A stretch of 59,390 nucleotides of DNA, the filler included, from Bonamia ostreae (taxonomy: Eukaryota): assembly GCA_040357525.1 (NCBI GenBank). It is 6 parts of 6 records of this genome, joined end to end, with 100 filler letters (N's around TTAATTAATTAA, not from the genome) between each part and the next. Parts side by side here need not be neighbours in the genome. Positions count along the whole stretch, not along the records: positions 40,066 to 49,700 come from JBDODL010000038.1; positions 49,801 to 59,390 come from JBDODL010000039.1; 4 more parts are not named here. One strand, 5' to 3'. Position numbers and translations under genes: made by a program. The number at the start of each line of letters is the position of its first letter. The first letter of the stretch is position 1. The notes beneath the pieces are model-generated. The model worked only from the letters and a program-made list of their open reading frames with translations, did not search any database and had not been told where the DNA came from. Positions 40,263 to 51,854 of the stretch are shown one piece after another.

Positions 40263-40775
40263 ATGGAAGACTTTGAAACAACTTTAAACTCTTTAGAAAA
40301 CATTTTATTGAAAATGCCGTCGAAAAAGGGTTTCGTCATTCAAGAACAAGTTGAAATAAAATCATTAAAGATCATTTCTAAAATAGTAAAGAATATTTGC
40401 ACTCTCGAAAAATCGGAGAAGAGAGATCGGTTAGTCCAAAAATTTGGATCATTAATAAAACCAATCGCAAACAATAACTGCGAACAAAAAGAAAGCAATC
40501 CTTTAATATATAAACACCTTTCGGATTTTGAAAATATGTGCGGTCACAAAAACGAATCGATCGAGTTCAAAAGGAAAGAGCTTCGAAGCTTGAAAACAGG
40601 GAAATGGGACAAAAGTAAAGAAAAACTGGAGAAAGTTGCCATTGCGACGATCAGTTTATACGAAATGTCTGGAAATCCAGACGAAAGACAATTGATATTA
40701 ATGAACATTGGAACCCTGAAGAAAAAGTTTCAGGATTTGAGAATGGATGACAGAATTTTGGAAGTAAAATTATAA
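40263..40775 (+). CDS. Hypothetical helical protein, probably the 3' part of a longer gene
   Basis: 170-aa ORF near the scaffold start; no family recognised. Confidence 0.5.
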   Translation: MEDFETTLNSLENILLKMPSKKGFVIQEQVEIKSLKIISKIVKNICTLEKSEKRDRLVQKFGSLIKPIANNNCEQKESNPLIYKHLSDFENMCGHKNESIEFKRKELRSLKTGKWDKSKEKLEKVAIATISLYEMSGNPDERQLILMNIGTLKKKFQDLRMDDRILEVKL

Positions 40776-40780
40776 TAAAT

Positions 40781-41540
40781 TTATGATTCAAACAAGTCTT
40801 TCCTCCAATTCATATTGTAATCCAATCGCAATATAAATTCACCTTTTATTAAAATTCAAATCAAAAATTTTAGATATTTTTAAATTGTAAAAACAATTTG
40901 GTGTGTTTTTTACAACCGGTTCAATGCTAAATCTGTAACCGAAAAACGACAGAAAACTTTCGAAGATTCCGCAATAAATTTCCAAAATAAGCTTTGAATG
41001 CTCTAAAAGGTTTTCTCTTTTTTGAGAGTAAATTTTTGAGACGGGCGGAAAGAACTTATCGTTGATAACAAAGTTTTTCTTTTAAATATTTATCGAGATA
41101 AAAAAGATTTTATAATAAATATAAAGGCGACGCTTCGAATATCGAAGATTGACGTTTTTGATTTTATCTATTAAACGGCAAAATTTGTCGTTTTGGATTT
41201 GACACATTCAATTAAAAAGATTTGGACTCGAAAATTTGTTCAATGAAAAGAATGCGAGCAAAACCTGCGCGTTGCTTTTTAACCCATCCGCTTTTTTGTA
41301 AAAAAGGGCGGGCCACAAGATGCTACAAAGTGATTTGGCCGCTTCCAAATCTGACTTCGCCATAGAAACTGTGTCAGAAATGGAGATCGCTATTTTGAAA
41401 CCAATGTCGTTGCCGATGCGTTTCAGATTCTTAAAATGCTCTCTTTTGTCTTTTTTCTTTTTTTCGAGTTCGAAGGCAACGATCTCGTTGATCATCAGGA
41501 ACTGAGAAGTCATTGCGAGAGTGTTTTTAAACAATACCAT
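40781..41540 (-). CDS. TRAPPC6: TRAPP complex subunit 6 (Trs33), multi-exon
   Basis: LKRIGNDIGFKI, DLEAAKSLCSILWPALFYKKADGLKSN, FVIND, CGIFESFLSFFG. Confidence 0.75.
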
Positions 41541-41927
41541 TTTTGCTTTAAATAATTTCGTATTGATTTGCTCAAAAATTACTAAAACTGTTTTTCTTTA
41601 TATGTCCTTTCGATAAAGTTACGAATTCGTTTAACTTTACACAAATTTCTTTAAGCTCCAAATAGAAAAATAGCAACTCCCCATAAATCTTATCCGGAAT
41701 AGGCTAAAATGCTAAAACGACATATCTTCGAAAATTAAGCGTCGAAATGACTATAAATATGAAACGGAGAATTTGAATAAATCTTTATTGAATAAAAAGC
41801 CTCGGATATTGGAATTACGCGACAACGCGTTAGTACAATGGCTGAAAATGCAAACATTAATTTTTGGCACTATAGTGCATTTCTGGACAAAAGTCGTTTT
41901 TCGGCGAAAATTAAAATTGACAAAAAT

Positions 41928-42391
41928 TTATTTTTCCGAAGAAGGGCCGACCGGCAGCTTCGCCTGTTCTTCCAACTGCTTCATGAAATCTTCTTGCTTT
42001 TTTCTCTCTTTTTCGTGCTGCTCTTCTTGCGTCTTCTTCAAGATGTCGATGTACTCGTTAGTCTGCGCCCAAACTAAGAATTGCTTTAAGCTCAACCTGG
42101 TTTGTTTTTGTCCGTGAACTTGACGGGCTTGGCATAGTTGACATGGACGACTCTCCCGTAGATTTCAGATCTGTCCATGTTCGCCATCGCGTCGGCCGCG
42201 TCAGCCGCTTCTTCGAATTCGAGGAAGCCGTATCCTTTGTGTTTCTCGGTGAGCGGGTGCATCGGGATCTGGATGTACTTGATTTCGCCGAAAGTGATGA
42301 AAGCCGCGTGGAGGACCTTCTCGTTCACTTCGGGGGGAAACCCTCCTACGAATAAAGTACTTTTTGTGTCGTTTGGGTCGGTAGTTGCCAT
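41928..42391 (-). CDS. PPIE/Cyp33-type RRM protein lacking a cyclophilin domain
   Basis: LFVGG..EVNEKVLHAAFITFGEI, HKGYGFLEFE..DAADAMANMDRSEIYGR, KP|VWA across a 23-nt intron; then a short coiled coil and stop. Confidence 0.85.
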
Positions 42392-42542
42392 TTTAGCTTT
42401 AATAATATATGCGCGGTTCTATAATAAAGTCGCTTATTAAATGGTCCGAAAATATGGGCCGTTTTTAGTTTTAGTAAATGTTTTTCATTCCATCGTTTTA
42501 TAATACATTATATTATATTTATATAATTTTTAAAGCTCGAAC

Positions 42543-43136
42543 ATGGATTTCGGACTTATAACAATCGCATTGTTTTTGGCTTTCTACTATTATGTTCTCT
42601 GTAAAATGATGCGGAAGCCAAAAACAGCTAGAATCTCGGAAAGTCCGAATGATCCAAAAGAAGAAAACTCGCTCTTCGATAGCGATTTGTGTGAAGAAAA
42701 GGGCTTCAAATGTTGCATATGCAAAAACAAGATTACGACTTTGGCAGATAAGGAAAAGACGAAAGACAGAATCGGCAACAAACCCGTTGCCATCCACGGC
42801 AAAATGTACCATTCTTATTGCTTCGAGGACAACTTTACGGTAATCGCGAGAAGAACAGAACAAACACCAAATGCGACAGAAAATGATTTTGATGAACCAA
42901 ATTTGTATGAAAACGGCTGCGCAAAAGTCGAACAGAAAAATGCTCCAAAAAACAAGGAAAGATCCTCAAACAAGAAACGCTTCGTAAAAATCGTCAGTTC
43001 CAATTTTTCCCAAATCGAAAAAAACGGACCACTTTTTAAAAGCAGAGCTGCCACGATTGATTTGACCGCCAAGAAAGATCGCAGAAAAGTTTTTATTCGA
43101 CACATTAGCCCAAACCACAATCGACAGAAAATTTGA
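42543..43136 (+). CDS. N-terminally anchored membrane protein with a LIM-half-like zinc motif
   Basis: Hydrophobic residues 3-20; CCICKNKI..GKMYHSYCF. Confidence 0.6.
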   Translation: MDFGLITIALFLAFYYYVLCKMMRKPKTARISESPNDPKEENSLFDSDLCEEKGFKCCICKNKITTLADKEKTKDRIGNKPVAIHGKMYHSYCFEDNFTVIARRTEQTPNATENDFDEPNLYENGCAKVEQKNAPKNKERSSNKKRFVKIVSSNFSQIEKNGPLFKSRAATIDLTAKKDRRKVFIRHISPNHNRQKI

Positions 43137-43263
43137 ACGAAAATTTCCGTTTGAAGAAAATAGAGTTGGAGCGCCGCAGGATGAATTTGCGGAAGAAGTT
43201 TAAAGCAGAAAATGAATTCGATAATTAAATTCTGTTTCACAATAATCAATTAGTCAAGTCTAA

Positions 43264-44721
43264 TTATTTATCGGTTTTCAATGACGTCATTTTTCCGTCT
43301 ACAGCTATTTTCGCCGGGGCTTTTGAGACGCCTTCTTTCTTCTCGTCTTTCCCGCCAACTCTCTTAAAACGCGTTCTTCCTGTGTTCGAAGCCCTTCGCA
43401 CTCCTCTACCTCTTGTCCCTCTTCGCCCTCTTCCACCTCTTCCCACATTAGCTCCCCCTCTTTTCACCTTATTGCCTCTTCTCGCATCCTTTCCACCTCT
43501 CTTCTTATTAGCTGCTCCCCTCTTCGCATCGAGTCGTCCTCTCGTTTCGTTCTCTTCGACCGGAACTCGTTTCGGCACTTCAAAGTCTTTGCGCTTGCCG
43601 TCGTCTTTCTTTTCCGATCCGACGTCGCTTTTGCCGCTATTCCGCAGATTTGCCTTTGCGGCAGCGGTTCCCGTGTTTTCGGTTGCGCCGTTCAAGTCTC
43701 CAGACGGCAAGAAGCCTTCGCCTGCTTTGCTGTCGTCGACGATGATGTTCGCGATTTGGGCTGGCTTGGACTGCGGGAAGCGGTTGTAAAAAATGGAAGA
43801 GGTGGCGATCGCCTTCGTTACGGTCCTTAAGCGTCTGAAGCTGTAGACGGCGTTCACTCCGTCGACGGGGTCTTCGGAGCGACAACAATAATTGCGGAAG
43901 AGGTTCTCGGAGTTCGCGAACTCGTCTTTCGCGCTGGAAACCGCGCCGATCTGGCTTTGGCCGGGCAAGATTTGCATTACCAACGTCTATTTTTGTGCGT
44001 TGCGTAAAATTGATTTTGTCGACGTTTAATAGAAATGGCAAACTTGCAAATAAGTGAGGTCGCTTTGAGAAGCGGGTAAAAAATATTGGGATTTGGCGTC
44101 GTTCTCTAGAAAATGATTTATTTCGTTGAATAGGAACAGGAGTTCCTTGTCGTTGATCGACTGGACGAATTTCGAAGCAAAGTGCAGTTCGAGGAAAGCG
44201 TTCGACGTTCTTTGTTCGGCTTCCCGATCGGCCTCCTCGCGCGTCTGCTGGATCTCCAGTTTGTTCTTCTCTTCCAGTTCCTCCAACTGGTCGCGTGCCT
44301 TCTTCAGGAGTTCCTTCTCGAGCTTTTCTGCTCGCGAGTCGAAGGAGCGTTCGGCTGCTTTGTCTTGTCTCTTCTGTTCTCTGTTTTGGCGGAGCTGCTC
44401 CGCCTTCTCGCTGATGGCCAACTTCTTCATGGAGAAGATGAGCTGTTCGAGTTCCTTTACAGCGAATTCCATCTTCTTTTTGTTTGCCAGAGTTTCTTTC
44501 TCTTCTTTCTGCACAACCGCGCCTCCGTCGACCTTTTTCTGTATCTTTTCGGAGTGCTTGACTTTTTTTCTGAGGTTCCTCGCGCGCTTTATGATCGCGC
44601 AGAGGTACTCGTTGTTTTTGTCGTCAAAGTTGTTGATGCGTTCTTCCTTGAGCAACGATTCGCCTTGCGATTTTTTCGAGCGCTTTTTGTTCTTCGGTTT
44701 TTGAGGTTTTGAATCGGTCAT
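43264..44721 (-). CDS. Caprin-like coiled-coil/RGG RNA-binding protein (two exons)
   Basis: IIKRARNLRKKV..VDGGAVVQKEEKETLANK..ELEQL resembles caprin HR1; C-terminal RGG repeats; intron about 43986-44044. Confidence 0.6.
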
Positions 44722-44846
44722 TAGGCTAAATGTTAAAGGGTTTATGGTTTTCGGTTAATTTAAAGCTTTGGTCATATATGCGGTCAGTGGTGTTTCACCA
44801 TTTTGCGGCTTTACAAATTGAGACATTTATTATTTATTTATTTATT

Positions 44847-45092
44847 TAAAAAAAGAAGAAGAAGAAAAGATATTTTTTATTATTTTAAAAAAGAAGAAAA
44901 GATATTTTATTATTTTTAAAACGTAGAAGAAAAGATATTTTTTATTATTTAAAACGTAGAAGAAAAGATATTTTTTTATTATTAAAATAAAAAAGAAGAA
45001 AAGATATTTTTTATTATTTTTAAAACGTAGAATAAAAGATATTTTTATTATTAAAATTAAAAAGAAGAAAAGATATTTTTATTTTTAAAACG
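44847..45092. repeat. Degenerate AT-rich minisatellite (about 30-bp unit, about 7 copies)
   Basis: AGAAGAAAAGATATTTTTATTATTTT repeated with variation. Confidence 0.85.
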
Positions 45093-45102
45093 TCCCAAAA
45101 AT

Positions 45103-45324
45103 TCAAAATTCCCCTTTTTCCGATTTTGCAAGTTCTTCTTTCAAGCTTTTGTCGGTCAACATGAAGTCCTTGATGCATTTTTGATAGCGGGAATACTCTT
45201 CTTCACATCCAATTTGGGTCGCTTTCCCCTTCAAGAATGAATCCGACAGCCATTTTCGGTAGCAATTTTCGTAGACCTCTTTGAGTTTCGGGCAAACAGA
45301 ACATTGATCTTTTCCTTCTGCCAT
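45103..45324 (-). CDS. MDM35: Mitochondrial intermembrane twin-CX9C protein Mdm35/TRIAP1
   Basis: CPKLKEVYENCYRKW..SFLKG..CEEEYSRYQKCI. Confidence 0.9.
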   Translation of the reverse strand: MAEGKDQCSVCPKLKEVYENCYRKWLSDSFLKGKATQIGCEEEYSRYQKCIKDFMLTDKSLKEELAKSEKGEF

Positions 45325-45413
45325 TTTTCTATTATATCCAAAGTACTAACTTCGAGTTCGTTTGCGTTTAAACAGAACCAATATTATTCATCCATTAGTT
45401 GATTGACAATATT

Positions 45414-46405
45414 ATGCTCAAAAAGCCTGCGCACACTGAACAACTTAAAAACAATTGTCAACACAAAGACAATAACACGAACATAGACATTAACTCGGAC
45501 AGAGACATTAACACGAATAGAGACATTAAATTGAAGAGAAGACTAGTCAAAGAAGGGGACCGAGTAGTTCTATATGTCAATTCACGGACGATGAAGATGG
45601 TCGAACTGCAGAAAAACGGGATTTTTAACTGCAAGTACGGCCACTTCTCGCATCAAGACATCATCGGCAAACCAATAGGTTCGTAAGATCACTTCGCCGC
45701 AGGTCGGAAGATCTCTTCGCGGGACAAGAAAAAGAAACAATGGGCCGTCGTTCTGGAGAACAGTCCGTTGATCTGGCCCAGAGTTCTGAACTTCAGAACC
45801 CAAATCTTGTACACCACCGACATCGCCTCCATTGTTCTGCAACTCGACGTCAGAATGGGCCAGTTCGTCGTGGAAGCCGGGACCGGGAGTGGGGCGCTGT
45901 CGCACTTTCTGTCGACGTAAGACTTTTAACAAATAGAGCGGTGGCGCCGGACGGCCATCTGTTCACGTTTGACGTGGACAAGGAGCGGATTCTTCGGGCG
46001 AGAGAAGAGTTCGCCGCGAACGGAGTCGGCGATTTTGTCTCGGCCGTTCACAGGGACGTCTGCAAAGATGGCTTTCCGAGTTTGGACCAACTGAGAGAAA
46101 TCGAAAACGGTTCAAAATTGATTTTAGCCCCGCGGATCGATTCGGTTTTCCTCGATTTGCCCAGTCCGTGGGAAGCCGTGAAGAGCGGCTCTTCGGTTTT
46201 GAGAAAGGGCGGCCGGATGTGCTCGTTCTCTCCGTGTGTCGAACAAGCGCAAAAATCGATCTGCGAAATGAGGAAATGGTCGCTGAGCGTGACGAAAACT
46301 TTGAGCGTCGTCGACACCAATTTTTCTTGCGGGAAGGAGTTTAACAGGATCTTTGGAGACGAAGTTGTCCACTCGGGATTTTTGACGTTAGCAATAAAGA
46401 CATAA
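45414..46405 (+). CDS. TRM61: tRNA (adenine58-N1)-methyltransferase catalytic subunit
   Basis: RTQILYTTDI, VVEAGTGSGALSH, HRDVCKDGF, VFLDLPSPW, CSFSPCVEQ, HSGFLT; two introns of 24 and 20 nt. Confidence 0.95.
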
Positions 46406-46420
46406 AGCATTATTAAAAAA

Positions 46421-46736
46421 TCATTTATTCAGTTTTTTGCAAATTGCGGAAATTACGCAGTCGCCGCACAAATCATCGTTTCTGCTGTCTCGCGCGCGGA
46501 GAGGAAAAGAAGTGGCTGTCTTGTTCTTCTTGCATTGTTTGCAAACCAGACTTTCCTTTTGACTCAGAACCGTTTTCGCGACCGCGCAGAAAACTTGGAT
46601 TTGATCAAAAACTTTTGTGGAACTGGTACAGACAGTAGTCGCACACGTCGCAGTGCTTCGAAAAATGGGTGACGTTGTAGGAGACTAAGCACTTCGCACA
46701 AAAGTATTTGTACAGCGTTGTGAAATTACATGACAT
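46421..46736 (-). CDS. Small Cys-rich putative zinc-binding protein (two exons; absent from the ORF track)
   Basis: MSCNF..FCAKC..SKHCDVCDYC; the 18-nt intron gtaccagttccacaaaag restores the frame to CKQC..CGDC..NK*. Confidence 0.55.
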
Positions 46737-47085
46737 TTTATAGAAATGCTTTGTCGATCAGATCATGTTATTATATCGCATCTCAGTAGAATATCAATTG
46801 TTATTTGATTGTCTTTTTTAGACTAATTTTGGTTCTTAATGAACTCTAAATTCCAGTGTTGTTAATAGATAAGTTCCATTGTTGCAATTGTTTTTATTTT
46901 TGGAGAAGTTGTTGCTTTAACGGTTGTTTCCTCGAGTTTCTGGCTGTCGTTAAATAAACGATTTTTTGAATTTTAATTTCAGTCTTAAAAATTATTTTTT
47001 CATTTTATATTTTCAGCCTTTGGAAAGCAATTAGCAATTGCAAAATTCAATTGCAAAATTGAAACGCAAAAAACAATATTTTGGA

Positions 47086-47596
47086 ATGAATCCAGATGCC
47101 ATAGCCGTTTTATATTCGATTTTATCTCTGTCGTTTGTCGCTTACAGTTATATAATTTATAAAAGACCTTATTTTTATTTGCTCTTGTTTGGGCAGTGAC
47201 AAATTCACCGTCTTGAGAGAATCTGATATCAGAAAATTCGAATTTAATGGGGAGGACACACTTTTTCAAGCGATCGCTTTATCCGTTTTCAAAGACGCGA
47301 ATCGGTCGAAGGACGTTAAAAAACGCTGCGAGCTTTCATTTTATAAACAAAAAGAGGATGACGTGCTGACTATTGGTGAAAAGCTAAAATCGCTGTCTAA
47401 ATATTTCCGCAGAACGATAAATGTTTTCACAAAATCTCGGGATTCAGATGAAAACGACGGAAAAGGTGATGAATTTGTCCAAATTGCCGTTTTTGGGTCC
47501 TATTCGCTCAATAATCGAATAAATCTGCTTCTTGAAAAGGACTCTTTCTGTTTGTTGGTTAATAACGGTTATATTTGTGATATAAAGAAGATATGA
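47086..47596 (+). CDS. Signal/TM-anchored OTU-like protein, probably catalytically inactive
   Basis: Hydrophobic N-terminus joined by a 19-nt intron (47147-47165) to NGEDTLFQAIA..LKSLSKYFRRTINVF..INLLL. Confidence 0.5.
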
Positions 47597-48085
47597 TCGA
47601 CTTTAATCTATCCGGTTTTGTCAATTAAAATAACAAATTTCTTAGACGAGAAATTAATGCTTCAAGCGAAATTAGATTATTGCTATTAAATATTTGATAA
47701 AAATATATTACTAGATTAAATTTCTTAGACGAGAAATTAGATTAAATTATTATTATCAGGAAATGAGGCAAAAACAACTTTAAGACAATTACTTTATCAT
47801 ATTTGATAAAAGCAATCTTTTTTATTTAAAATATTTTATTGCGCATATTTTATTGATACAACATTTGACATTCCAAATATTTATCAAGATATCCAATTTT
47901 GCTTATTATCTTCAGTTAAATGTTATCCCAAACTCCACTTATTCGTTCTCATCGATTGGCAAAAAAATATTAATTTTTCAAAATCGTCACAGCCAAAAAT
48001 TAATGTACTCAATTGCAAATTAAATTTATTTCAAGAATGCAAAATATGTGCAAAGCTTTAAAAAGGCTAAAAACAAAAAATCGAA

Positions 48086-49317
48086 ATGGAAGAAATTGCG
48101 AAAAAGACGGAAATAGCCAATTTTGTAGAATCAAATTTGGCAGCGATTAGACCCGAAATAGCCAAATTTTTGAGCGCTATTTTTTATAAGCAAATTGAGC
48201 GAAAATCGGTTTCTGATTTAAACAGTTTCGCGGCGAAAAACAAAGAATTAATGGTCAACCAGCTTAAATTGCTCAAAGAAAAGGAGTTTGAAGACTTCAA
48301 TTCGAAAATTTTCGACAAATTTCTCCGTAACCAAAAAAAGGCGACAAATTTTGAAATGGAAATTCTGAAATTTAAAGAGAAGCCCCATTTCCAGGAAAAA
48401 TTAAGCAGTTTGATAAAACCGATGAGCTTTAATGAGTGCTTTGAATCGGTTGCGCCCAAAAACAACAAAATCGCACACAAAAACAAATTTGGGTTTTATC
48501 AACTCGACTTGATCGACAAGAAAAAAGTTCTAATTTTCATTTTTTAGAAAAGCAAAGAACAGAAGCAAAAAAGTTATGACAAGTTTTTAAGTTACTAATC
48601 TCCGACTTCAAGGATAAAGTACTTTTCAGACGAATGGGAGAAACAGTCCAAAGAAATTATATTGAAGAACTGGCTGAAACAGCCGACAGCGTCATTAAAC
48701 GACATTTTCATATCAAAATATTCCATGAGCACGATAGTTTTGACAGACCAATTTAAAAAAGGACGGAACTAAAAGACTTTTGGAAGAAACCGATTTGAAA
48801 TTGGTCAGAGGAAAGAAATATGGTTTGGTGGGCTTGAACGGAGTTGGGAAAGTTGAACTTCAAATTAAAATAGACGACTTTGCTTAAAAGGATTTCGAGA
48901 TATGACGTTAAAGGCATTCCGAGCGCAACGAAAATCTTATACGTCGAACAAGAAGTTTTTACTTTTTACTCGCCGATCCAAATTTAAAACAGATAAAAGG
49001 AGATGACACGACAGTTCTCGACTTTGTGCTGAAATCGGATGTGATCAGAGAACATCTGATCGCTAGGAAAACAGCTCTAATCGACAAGATGAAAACGGAA
49101 AATGGCGAAGATCTGGAAAACCACCGTTTTCAAATCGACAAATTTAATGTCAAAATATTGTTCTAGAAAACGAGTTGAGTGAAATCGAAGAAAAAATGGC
49201 GGATTTCGAAATAGACAAAAGTTTGGCGAAGGTCGGAAAAATTTTAAGTGGATTGGGATTCAGCAAAAAAATGGAACAAACCAAAACTAAACATCTTTCC
49301 GGCGGTTGGAGAATGAG
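48086..49317 (+). CDS. ABCF3: ABC-F ATPase (ABCF3/GCN20-like), 3' truncated
   Basis: KYGLVGLNGVGK|TTLL, ILYVEQE, ILSGLGF, LSGGWRMR; continues into an intron and off the scaffold. Confidence 0.85.
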
Positions 49318-49700
49318 GTTCTCAAGTTCTACCTTTTGGCTCATCCTTTTTATTTTTTGACATTTGTTTCGCATATTTTTAAACTTATTTTTTGACATGT
49401 TAATCCTTTTTTCTATAAAACGTGTTTCGAACAAAAATTTTTTTAAGCGCATTCGTGCGCGCATGGTTTGAACCTCGGTGTTGTTGTTTCCCAACTGTTT
49501 TAAAACGGAAGACGTAAGTTTATCTGATCTTTATTTTGACTGAGGTTGTCCCAACAAATTAATTTTGGACTTTGAACGTCAAATTAATTTTTGAGACGAT
49601 CAAATTATTTAAATATTTCTTCTTTATTGAATTCCGATTCTTTATCAATTTGAATTTTTGTGTTCAGTTCAGTCTTTTTGTTAAATTTTCTAATGGATAA

Positions 49701-49800
49701 NNNNNNNNNNNNNNNNNNNNNNNNNNNNNNNNNNNNNNNNNNNNTTAATTAATTAANNNNNNNNNNNNNNNNNNNNNNNNNNNNNNNNNNNNNNNNNNNN
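49701..49800. other. Artificial scaffold linker
   Basis: N44-TTAATTAATTAA-N44. Confidence 0.98.
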
Positions 49801-49821
49801 ATAAGCTTTATTAAATCGGAA

Positions 49822-51263
49822 ATGTCGCCATTTCGGGAAAGCTCCAGAAACGAGATAGACCAACAACCGCAATCCTACAGCAAATCGCAGAATTCCGATA
49901 TCGAGCTCATTTTCGAAGAACTCGGAATCGGAAAATATCTTCCGATGTTTTTGAACGAAGAAATGGAACCGGAAGACATGCTTTTGTTATCCCCCGAAGA
50001 GCAAATCGCCTTCATCCCCAAAATGGGCCCTCGAATGAGACTTATCGACTACTTGTGCCGCAACAGTCCAAACGATCCACGCGTCGCCAATTATAAACAA
50101 AAAAGGCAGTCGGCGAACCCGAACCGCTCCCAAAAATTTAATGCCAAAAAATTTTTGGTCGGAAATGAAGTCGAAAAGTGCCAAAATGTCAAATCGCAAA
50201 ATTTTCTAAAAAACACAAAAATTGCAAAATCGGAAAAAGACAATTTACCGAATTTCGAGAGTTTGTTGAATCCGCGCGATTTTAATTCGCGACAACACAA
50301 CAATGAACTGATTTCGAACAGTATCAGAAAAGATTTTGTTTACAGGAGAAATGTCGGATCCAAAAATCAAAACGAAAACTGTTCAAACCCAAAAAGCTCA
50401 TTTTCGGTTTGAAGATTAGATTATTATAGTAAATAAGTTTAATGTTTTTTTTAAAGTTTTTGGGCCAAAATCTGCTGCAAATCGAATCAAATTTGATAGA
50501 AGATTTCGACGATTTGCAAGCACCGGCGACGGCCATTTCGAGCTCGAGACTGTTGGACTTTGGAGGATCTGATATATTGCGAAATGAATCATCGCTTGGA
50601 GATAATGGGATCGAAGAATCGCAAAAGAATGCAAATGGTCAAGAAAATAGCGTTTTAAGGAATTCCGATATAGTTGACGAGTTTGAGCTTACAAGTTTTT
50701 TGTGCAAAAAATTCAAATTGTAAAATTTTCTTTTGCTTCATTTGATTGTTTAAGATCGAGAGAAAACAAAATCCGATTTCGGTGAAAACCCGAATTTGGA
50801 GCTTAAAATATATGAAGCCGAATATAAGAAGCCCGAATTTGGAGATGAAATGGAGAAAAAAATTGTTGGAATTTATTATAGTCAAAAAAATTTGGTCAAA
50901 CAAAAGTTTCGCGCAAAAGCTTTATTTTATGGAAAAGTCTGTTTTTATCGAAAGAAGGAACGATATGGCTTCGGCACTTTGAATCCCGAGAACGATCGAA
51001 TATTCATTCATAATAGTGCACTAATAAGCGATCCGACTGAACTCGAAGAAGGATCTGAGATCGTATTTAATTTATGTCCACGGCTTGGCAAAGTACCATC
51101 TTTTAAAGGCAATTTTGTCTTCGAAGACGAAATGGACGAATTTTTGGAATTTCTGAAAAGTGAACGAGAGTTCGAAAAGAGAAACATGCAAAAAACTATT
51201 TCGAGATTGATGGCGGTGAATGTGCGTGTTGTTTCAGAGAATAAAAATAGAAAATTTAAATGA
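49822..51263 (+). CDS. SAM-domain plus cold-shock-domain protein (probably one three-exon gene)
   Basis: ELGIGKYLPMFLNEEM..IPKMGPRMRL (SAM); GKVCFY..RYGF..IFIHNSAL..LEEGSEIVF (CSD/OB fold). Confidence 0.6.
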
Positions 51264-51302
51264 ATTTATAAATTTTGTAAACTTTTCATTTTTGATTAAA
51301 AT

Positions 51303-51393
51303 ATCGATTTAATGTCGTTTTTGCAAATAAAATGGTCAATTTAATGTGATCGATTTAATGTCGTTTTTGCAAATAAAATGGTCAATTTAATGT
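51303..51393. repeat. Tandem repeat, 46-bp unit, running into an N gap
   Basis: ATCGATTTAATGTCGTTTTTGCAAATAAAATGGTCAATTTAATGT at 51303 and 51349. Confidence 0.85.
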
Positions 51394-51854
51394 NNNNNNN
51401 NNNNNNNNNNNNNNNNNNNNNNNNNNNNNNNNNNNNNNNNNNNNNNNNNNNNNNNNNNNNNNNNNNNNNNNNNNNNNNNNNNNNNNNNNNNNNTAAAATA
51501 TATTTATTTAATAACGCAATTATTTATTTACGGGCAATTTTAGCTGAAGCGATGAAATTTGCCCTTAAATTAATAAAAGAAATAAGAACAATGAAAAAAA
51601 TTAATAAACAAAAAATAAATAAGAACAATGAAATCACTGCAAAAATTAATAAACAAAAAAAAAAAAAAAAAAACAATTAAAAAAATTAATAAACAAAAAA
51701 CAAAAAAGAACAATGAAATCACTACAAAAATATAATAAACAAAAAATAAATCTACAAAATCTCAAAAATGTTCATTGTTTCATAAGGCCCAAAAAAGATA
51801 AACAAACTGGTTTTATTTGAAAACCTTAAACAAACTGATATAAATCAACCCTCG

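Noticed and set aside
46600-46700. DHHC palmitoyltransferase call for the SKHCDVCDYC protein
   Set aside because: No DHHC motif and no transmembrane segments
51494-51760. Lys/Asn-rich ORF 51378-51680
   Set aside because: Poly-A low-complexity sequence spanning an N gap
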